DNA of 60,922 nucleotides, the filler included, from Sluysia triapertura (taxonomy: Eukaryota): assembly GCA_046118255.1 (NCBI GenBank). It is 5 parts of 5 records of this genome, joined end to end, with 100 filler letters (N's around TTAATTAATTAA, not from the genome) between each part and the next. Parts side by side here need not be neighbours in the genome. Positions count along the whole stretch, not along the records: positions 48,303 to 60,922 come from JBJNIA010094338.1; 4 more parts are not named here. The stretch is one strand, 5' to 3'. The notes beneath the pieces are model-generated. The model saw only the letters and a list, made by a program, of their open reading frames with translations, searched no databases and was not told the DNA's origin. Positions 51,824 to 60,922 of the stretch are shown one piece after another. The position numbers and the translations under genes were made by a program. Numbering within the stretch: the first letter of the stretch is position 1; each line of letters opens with the position of its first letter.

Positions 51824-54800
51824 GTTCTAATAATAATAGATTAAATAAGACTTTGTAAGGTCAAAATTCTAAATATTTTGTACTTATAAATATTAAGACC
51901 TTTAAGGCCAGTATAGCAAAAAATCATATAAATAGTAGTTCAAAATTACTATTAGTCACAATTGTTAAATGTGTTGATCACGCATTAAGAGTTTACAATT
52001 TATAAAAGTTAAAAGTTGAACTATTTTAAAAGTTTCATCATATAACTCAAGTCTAGTATTAATTCCACATAAGTCAGACTCATAACAAATTTACACAAAT
52101 TCTGACAATTCAAATTTTATTATTTGAAGTAAGATTTTTGATTCGGATAGAACATTTAAGACTTTATTATAAAACATTACAATAAATCGTTAGTTTAATT
52201 TATAAGAATACACTTTTGATGTGTAGAAAAATTAACAATTTTTTAAATTGATCAATTGTAAAATCCAGTTTTTAAAATAATAAACATAGATTATTTTTCT
52301 AAAATAATCTAGTAAATTTATATTATTAATATTATTATTATTGAAAATTTGTGTTTTGTATAAACTCTTATATAATCAATATTTCATATTTCTTTGTTTT
52401 ACAGATGATTATGCGAAGAATAACTTGTAGTCATGTAAAATTTAATGTTAAATAAATATATAAATTACTCAGCATAATTACAACAGCTTTTTACTAGGTG
52501 CACCTGATTTTATCTTATTAACATGATCAATAAATAAGTGACAGTTTAATGGTCTTAAAAATCATGAATTTTCATTATCCTTCTTGAGTGTTTTTTGAAA
52601 TACAAGTTTAGTATATTTACAATAAATTTCTAATTGGGAAATCAATGTTTTATTATACAAAACATGTCTCATTGTTCGTAGGTGTTTCATTGTGTAGTAT
52701 ATAATATACGTTAGGGCTGTTCCCGGTGCAATGGTGCAGGAAAGTCCTTCAAAATCCCAGTCCTACATATAAGAATAAAGTTAATCCCATATAATTTTAA
52801 GTTTTCACAGTTATTGTAGTAACATAGTTAATATTATATGTTTCTCGTGTACGTAGTCGATAATTTGATGTAAACAATTACTGAAATTTGTTTTAGAATC
52901 ATTATCATCTGAGATATAGTATAATGGTTTCTTTGACATTTCTGTGCTGCAAAATTTATTTTAACTTCATTCTGGATTTGAAATAGTGCTTTTTATGAAA
53001 CACAAAGGCACATTGTATTTAGGAAATTAATTCATTTGAGACTTAGGCACTCTTTTTACGATTTGTTGATCCTTGTCCGATTTCAGTTTTCTTATATATA
53101 TTCTTATATTCTATTAATCGCACTGCGTAGCTATGACTAATATAAAGAGCTCACATTCGCATATACCTAAATCAAGTAAGGCAATTACCATGACTTGTTC
53201 TGGGTTAGAGCGATAACTGTTAAATCTCTTTGTAAAATTTTGTGATCGAAATATCGTTCTGATGATTATTCTTCCTATAATTGTTATGGTTGCTGTGATT
53301 TTCTTTGTTTTGGTAGATGCTTGCTTCTGTTATTTGTGGTTAACTTGTTCAATTTTCTTTAGTTGGAAAGAAAGAAAATATGATAGAAAGATAGGAAGAA
53401 TTTAGATTGTTTTATAGAAATTTCACTGTTATCTTATTACATCAACATTGAATTTCAAATTTTAGAGATTTAATATATTGAGCTGTTTGAATGTTTATAT
53501 TGCGTGTATTTATTTAATGATTAGTCTAATATATGTGATGTTTGTTGATTTGTGTGGAGGGAAATTTTAAATAATAAGGTTGAACCACCATAACTAGGTA
53601 ACGATCTAACAAGAATAATAAGAATAAAACGGCATATGATTGTTATTAGTAATTAAATAATCGACTGATAATTTGATGAGGTTAAAGAACTTACTAAAAT
53701 GTTTTCGATGCACAATAATAGGAAATGACGCAGAAATTAGACGTTTAATGATATCGGAAATTTCGTGCTTAAATGAAGCCGTGCTTACTGGAACAGCCAT
53801 CGCAATGTTATTCGAGTTTTTCGGGATGGTTCATAAATTTTCGAAGAATCTAATATCGTTATACTATTGGGACTTGAGACTTGTTTTCGAATTGGCAAAT
53901 CACGAAATGAATCGATAATTTCATCTAAAATCTTTTTCCACTCCCTTAGCTGTATTGACTCAAAATGTGACGAGGTAGATTGTTACACATTTTGTAATTG
54001 ATTAAAATATTTGAATAGTACGTACATAATTTCTAACGACATAATAAGCACTGGACTATGTTCAATGAATGGCACCACAATTATAATTTATAATTTTAAG
54101 AATTTTATGATGTATCTAAGAAAATTACATAGTTCTTTCTAACTTAGAATATTAAAATTCTGAGTACAATAAAATGAAACTAATTGTCTTTTAACAAATT
54201 TTTAATCTTCTCATTCTTTACAGACGATAATGAAAGTTGTAAAATATAGAGTTTAAAAGGATTTCAGAAACATAATTTGGTTAATTTACGAAACTTAATT
54301 GTTCTAATGCGTAATTATCGAGAATCTTGATTAAATTGTAATAAATTAAATTTAAAAGCTTTATCAAAGATAGTCAAAAGTAATTTTGGAAGCCGTTTCA
54401 TATATATGGTTTTATACATAATGTGAATGACGTACCTTTTGTTTGAAATGTGTAAAAAGACATGAAAAATACAGTGAGAAGTGCAGAAATGATAATGTGT
54501 TTAAGATTGTAAAGGAGCTGTAGTTAATGGTTTTGATTGTTGCTACGATTTATTAAACAATAAAACTGTAATGTTTGTAGTTTTCGTTCATTTTTAATTA
54601 ATTTTTTCATAAATTTAAAATCATTATCACTGAGATTACAATTCTTTTATATTAAATTAAAGGGAGATTAGGCAGAGTTAATATAACTGCAAAATTTAGT
54701 AACATATAACAATTAATTTTAAATTGAAATTGTATAAATAGTCATTTTAAAGTAAGATTCAAGAGAGACAATATAAAATTAAAATTTATAAACATCAAAT

Positions 54801-57800
54801 CATTTTAAAATAAGAGCATAAAACTCGATCAAAATTATCTTGAAAACATGATTAAGAATACTATAATACAGAAGATAAAATCATATTAAATTGAGATTAA
54901 ATAGAATTAATCTTTAATCAAAAATTAATAACATTAAATTTGATCAAAATTGACTTAAATTCGAGATTAGATAGTATAGAGAAATCAAATCATAATTTCA
55001 ACACTTCATCACATAGAAACATTTCTTACATACACAGAACACTAAATAAACTACTTGACGCATTCAAAAAAAAACATAGTCATTGTACATAATTATCATG
55101 AATTATAGTCATTATCTTAAATCCAATTGTAACAATAATTCTTATAATAATACCAGATCATCAACATCATCATATTAAATTGTATAACAATTATTGTGAT
55201 TATTATTAGATAGTATCATTATTATGATTATCATATAATAATTCTTATAATAACAATATCAGCAAAATCATCATGTTAAAATATAACAATTATATCATTC
55301 TTATCATTGCGATATCTGTTTCTTTTTACATGTCACCTTTCCTTTTATTTATTTTTTGTTTGTATGAATTTATATAGATTTATGTACTTTCATCACTTTT
55401 AAAAGAAACTCTAACGAGTACGTCATCTTTTTTTTAATAAAAAATAAAGTTTTGTTGGATTGTTTCGAAAATTGTTTTTATAGGCCTTAAGCCTATTTTG
55501 ATAATTATTTCGATAAATTGTTTAGCAATTGTTAAAAGATTTAGTATTTTAAGTTGTTTAATAATTCGAAATATAAAAACCTATAAAAATTCAATTAAAA
55601 AGACTTTCGTAATTTGCTCAAAGCTTCAAATAAAAACTTTGGTAATTTTAACAATAAAAATAAAAAGCCACCCAAAGATAGAATAAATAAAACTTATAGG
55701 AAATCAAAATTTAAAAGCATAGTAATCGACAAAAATGAATTTAAACTAAGACTGCATAAAATTAATATAGAAAATAAATTTAAGAACACCATAAAATGAA
55801 ACCAAGGAACTAATAATAAAAATAATTATAATAAATAAATTTGTTTAAATGAATTAACGAACACTTTTGTTTAATCAAATTAATAAATAAAACATGGTCG
55901 ACACAAGTATATAAGCATTAAATATTTAACAAAATTTTAGACATAGAGAGAGAAGTCATAATCAAGAGAGAAAAAACACAAAAGGAAACTTTTGAATCTA
56001 CACAGCGAAGATATAACAAAGAAAAATTAAATAAATGTCAATTAATTAAATGTCAATAGAATTAAATAAAAAAATAGGTTGATAATAAGGACACAAGAAA
56101 TAATAATAACAATTACGTGAATATTATGTTTATTAATACAAAATTGTTGACGTAGGAATTTATTATAAAAGTTGTTACTATATGATCATATTATATGACA
56201 ATAATATAATCATTATATATATATATATTTTAATACGATCTGAATTGTAATAATAATAGCTATAGTTCATGATAATTAGATGTGGTCATGTTTGTTTAAT
56301 AGTCGGTGTACGTGTGAAGTGTTTTTATATGATGAATTTTATGTGACGAATAATAATAATTGAATCATCCATCATTAAATTATTATTAACTTTATTTAAC
56401 ATCTCATTCGAATAAATAACGTCATCAATAATATATTAATCATTATCATAATACAATTGCATATAATACATTGATAGAACGGTTTTAACTGCTTAATGAA
56501 AGGTTGAAGTAATTTTTATTTTTGAATGGTGACAAATAAATTTTGTTTTTTATTGTTTTATATCTTTGAATATCATTGGCATTTATATACCCTGAAGAAT
56601 TTTATCTAATCGGTAGTTTCAAATTCTTAAGTTTAAAGTAATATTTATATTAAATTGCATAATAAAATGTACTTAAATTTAATTTTTAATTTTGTTATCG
56701 TTTACATAGATAGTTTTTTAAATTTGTTTATCAAATTATCATTTAATAAGATTATTCCTTTAGTAATAATCTTTATAAATTGTATTGTATTATATTTTTA
56801 GTTATATATATTTATATTATTGTTATTAGCAATAATTTTACCCTATTTCACTTATTATAGTTTCATACATTTAATTTTTGATCTAAAAAGAATTTATAAC
56901 AATCCTATTTTTTGAATGATTCCATTTAACGAGGAATCAAAATAAAATTCTCAATGATTCTATTTAATTAAATAATCGGTACAACTTATTTAATTTAACA
57001 ATTCTATTTAATAAGGAATCAAAGTAAAATCTAGATTCATTAAAATTTTAACGGTTTTATTTAAGAAAAAAACAAAACAAAATGAATTTATAAATATGTC
57101 GAAATAGATCATTGGTTAAATCCTGTAATTCATATCGCTTTATATAGTAATTTATATCAGAATAAAATCTTAACCGATAACATTAAAAAATTTTCATTTG
57201 ATAAAATCTGAATATTTAATCTCGCGATCACGTGGAATCTAAGTATCAAATAAGGTCTAAAATTATCTAACCTCACCAAAGGCGGATCGAGAATCATATC
57301 AAAGAAATAAGAAACAAAAAAAATTCCATTCCATAAATTATTTCCTCAGGTTTGATTTAAAGAACAAACCTAACTAAATTAGCGATTTTTGAGGTATCAT
57401 TTAAGACGAAACCCTCCTATATTAATATTGTTAATACCTTATATAAGAATAGCGATAACAGTAGAATAATTCCTAATTTATTATAAAACTAAATCTTGGA
57501 ATCGCAGTTAAATAGTATCAAGATATAAATTGCGGTAATACGAAAATTTAAATTAAACGCAACTTCAATTACCTCCAGAAAGTTTACGTTTCTATTACTC
57601 ATTAAAATCCTAGGAATAGCCGTAACTCTTAAGACTATGATTGTATGTAGAAACAATACATTACATATATATTATTTGATTCAATTTCTCTTTAATTCAT
57701 TTTCATTTTACTGAGTCGAAGTAGAGAATAGAGCTATAGAGAGATTATGATATCGAACAAAATAACACAAACCTTATAAGAGTATTGAAATTTGTGAAAG

Positions 57801-58334
57801 TTTCTTTTATAAGGCATTTCAATCTCTATTATTTTGTGACGAATATTCGAATTCATACTTTCAGATAAGATAAATATAATATAGAGTACACACATTACTT
57901 ATAAAATAAATTAATTGAAGTTTACATTAATAAATCATATCTTCGGATAAAACAGAAGTGATATATTTATAGAGTACAGGTAATGTTCACACCGATAAAG
58001 ATTTAGCTTTTCGAATCTTAATTTAAATTACTCAAATAAAACTTATAGTTTTAAAGCATACATTATTATTTTTTAACTATATGGCAGAGTATAAGAGAAA
58101 TTAGACCCTCGCAATCAAAATTAAGAAAAATCATGTCTTTCGCAAGAATATAAATCGTAAACTTTTGGCGAATTAATAGTAATAAAATAACATAACAAAT
58201 AAACGTAGTATTATGTATTAAATAATGAAATGTTTGAATGTTTAAATTACGACGAAAATGTTATAATAAATAATGAATAGATTAAAATTAACCAATATTA
58301 ATGAAATTAAAAATGTTTGAATTAATGAGTCAAA

Positions 58335-58617
58335 AAATTAAATCAAAACACAAAAAAATAATAATCCGAAAAAGGAAATAAAGACAAAAATTTCGAGGAT
58401 TAATGAAACAATATGGTAAGTCACAAACCCATTAAAAATGTATATGCTGAATAACTATCAGTTGGAACATACATTAAAGAAGGTATTTAAAAATTTTATC
58501 GTTACCAAATAAGTCAAAACCTAGTAAACTAGTAAACCTAGTAAAAATAAACCTCAAAATTAAATCAAAACACAAAAAATAATAATGCGAAAACAAAATA
58601 AAGACAAAAATTTCGAG
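58335..58617 (+). repeat. Local ~62-bp imperfect direct duplication (58335-58398 and 58556-58617)
   Basis: aaattaaatcaaaacacaaaaa...aataaagacaaaaatttcgag occurs twice. Confidence 0.8.
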
Positions 58618-58794
58618 TAATAAAAATTATCCTTAATGTTTACGTTGATTTTTAATGTAAAATTACTTTAATAGTGGACGTGCTTTAGTACTTTATAAAA
58701 CCATCTACTAAAATAAGCATTTTAAGAGTGTTAATTCAATAATATAATTAATGATTCATATTTAAACAGCTATTTCAACTTTAATTCAACTTAC

Positions 58795-58872
58795 TTCTGA
58801 AACTTTATGGAGTATCTGATATTCCTGAGGTCCTGTCCGTGTAACAATTGCCAATGTCAAAATATACGTAAA
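58795..58872 (-). CDS. KIAA0930: KIAA0930/DUF2045 family protein, exon 3 of 3 seen
   Basis: FTYILTLAIVTRTGPQEYQILHKVSE resembles [26 protein letters not shown]. tag acceptor, gtaagt donor, phase 0/0. Confidence 0.8.
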
Positions 58873-58912
58873 CTAAAATCAAAATTTTAATTTAAACTTG
58901 TAATTCACTAAC

Positions 58913-59154
58913 ATGTTGAAGAATCAAATTCAAATAAACAGTTTGTTCCCATTCTACTGAATGAGCTAAATAAATTTCTCCTAATCTAGGACTATTTTTA
59001 CGGAAGACTTTAACATTAAAATCAGATTTATTTGATGAACTTGATATTACAAAAAATATCAAATCATCTTTATTACTACTATATTCAAGAGAACCTTTAA
59101 TAAGTGAAGTTTTAAATACTTCCAACCAAAAATAACGGATTTATTTCGAATTTT
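58913..59154 (-). CDS. KIAA0930: KIAA0930/DUF2045 family protein, exon 2 (one frameshift near the A5 run at 59128-59132)
   Basis: FWLEVF...DDLIFFV...VKVFRKNSPRL...VEWEQTVYLNLILQH resembles FWTWMF...DDMLFYV...VEVYRRDSKKL...IDWEESVCLNLILQK. Confidence 0.85.
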
Positions 59155-59192
59155 CTGTTAGAAAAATATTATTGGAAATAATAAAAACAAAC

Positions 59193-59321
59193 TTCGACTA
59201 TATCTAATACTTTTAATTTCACAAAGAATGTCAAATAATTATTCATTTTTGGAAACTTTCGTTTCTTCTGGACTAGTTTGAATTTAGAATTTGATTCACA
59301 ATTATCAATAATTTCAAATTC
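59193..59321 (-). CDS. KIAA0930: Probable upstream exon of the KIAA0930-like gene
   Basis: 129-nt exon, open in phase 0, bounded by tttag and gtttgt; a 38-nt GT-AG intron leads to the next exon. Confidence 0.55.
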
Positions 59322-60576
59322 CTAAAATAAAATACTTCACATTTTTATTCAGAAACAATTTTAAAACAAAAATTGAGTCTGTTGTCGTAATACTAATAAA
59401 GAAAAAGCTTTTTAAATTTTATTTAATTTAAAAACAATTTAAAAATGATTTTTTTTGCATATTTAAAACAACATAAATTCAAAATTTTGAAATGTCTAAC
59501 TATTCTTTTAAATCACAGAAATAAATTTCCTTAGAGCTAAACAAAAATATTTTTGACAGTCCATAAAATAACATAGTCCCATGTAACTTCAAAATCCAGC
59601 AAAGGGATAATTTAAAATATAAAGTGACTACACATATTAATATATTTAATGGAAATTATCCCATATAATTGAGATTTAAATTATTAAAAATTGTATAGGG
59701 ATTTCGAACTAAATTGAATTCTGGAAACCAAATCCACGACGATGTAACAATGCGTTCTTCAGACACGACTACTGAGAAATTTAACACTAACTCAAAACTT
59801 TAGAATTAAGCAGTTTAGGTATTTTAATGCTAGTAAAATAATCTGTAATATTCGATTCCGTATTAAAAGGAACGCCATAAACAAATGCATCATCATCAAG
59901 TTCATGTCCTGTAAAACATCTTAGAAATGGTTTCATTACATTAGACAAAGAAGATTGTCCATATGGTAAAGATGATATTGTTCCTTGGATGAAAAATGCT
60001 AGTGACATCGTATTAACATCAGGTGCTTATGAATTTAATATTAAATAATTTAGATCTTCTCAAGTTTGAAATGAATTTCCTAGCGTTACAAAAATATTTA
60101 AATAAGTATCTTATGATGTACTAAATGTGTAGGTTAAACAATAATATCTAACAAAATTTCTTTTCTAACAAATATATTTACATATAACTTCCTGTATGGT
60201 TTAATGAATAAAATTTTACATTTTAAACCACAAAACACTTTATAAGAATCAATTTTACAATTATATAATTGTTTTAGATTACTATCACAAAGGTACCTGC
60301 ATGAGTAACTATAATATTCTTTAACACATTTAAAATTTAGTATATCTTTTAAAGGTAACTTCATGTATCTTTTAGAGAATACAATTCGACATGGTACACG
60401 ATAAAATATTTAAGGTTATTTATTTGTCCAGCATTACTTTCAATTTTATTTTCACCATCAAAATTGCCGACATAATCACTATGTTAGAATTGCCAAACTG
60501 TATGTCAGAAGATGGTTGAGAAACGTAAAATTATTAGATGAAAGAAAAAACTGATGCAAAGTGATGGATTGAACAT

Positions 60577-60922
60577 GGTAAACATTATTGGAATAAGAAT
60601 CATAAAAGTAAAAACACCTATAATAATCTTAACAGTTAAAGAACACCTTGTAGTTCCAAAGATCTATATAAGGGTTTGAGATCTTATGGAAGCTTGAGAT
60701 GGACTTGAAAAACCTTTGGAGGCATTAAGGTACCTTTGAACTTTAGAATCTTCGGATCATTGAAGACCTTAGTAACCTTTAAGTATTCTTAAAATATCGA
60801 TAAGCATGTGAGATCCTTTAGTAACCTTATAAAGTGTATAAAATCTTTAAAATATTTGAGAAATAAAATCTTTGTTCAAAATAATAAAGATAAGTTTAAC
60901 ATAGTAATAATTAACATGAAGA
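60577..60922. repeat. Unclassified dispersed repeat, copy 3 (cut by the window end)
   Basis: Colinear with the first part of 807-1980 and of 47075-48040. Confidence 0.8.

Noticed and set aside
59120-59260. In-frame TAA codons in one reading of the KIAA0930-like 5' region, suggesting stop-codon reassignment
   Set aside because: One homopolymer indel gives a stop-free frame, and the long BAZ2, NDUFV1 and PDZ exons contain no in-frame TAA
1-60922. CRISPR arrays, operons or prokaryotic defence systems
   Set aside because: No repeat-spacer array; spliceosomal introns and animal genes show this is eukaryotic DNA

Overview
Very AT-rich eukaryotic (animal-like, intron-containing) genomic DNA. It is five separate contigs (1-12695, 12796-24376, 24477-35300, 35401-48202, 48303-60922) joined by artificial 100-nt N44-TTAATTAATTAA-N44 linkers, so adjacency across linkers means nothing. 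Host genes I can recognise: five phase-consistent exons of a BAZ2/toutatis chromatin factor (WHIM1-3), a MAGI-like PDZ exon, an NDUFV1 exon, three exons of a KIAA0930/DUF2045 gene with 38- and 40-nt introns, and a large exon encoding an unrecognised protein with five ~47-aa repeats. The rest is mostly transposon debris: a TTAA-flanked piggyBac, several tiny TTAA MITEs, a Tc3-like fossil, three L2-type LINE pieces and an unclassified ~1 kb dispersed repeat. The best leads are a decayed Polinton/Maverick (integrase, penton, small basic ORF), a decayed ORF whose motifs line up with viral VP39-type cap 2'-O-methyltransferases, the repeat protein and the unclassified repeat family. All family assignments come from remembered motifs read by eye; no database search was run.
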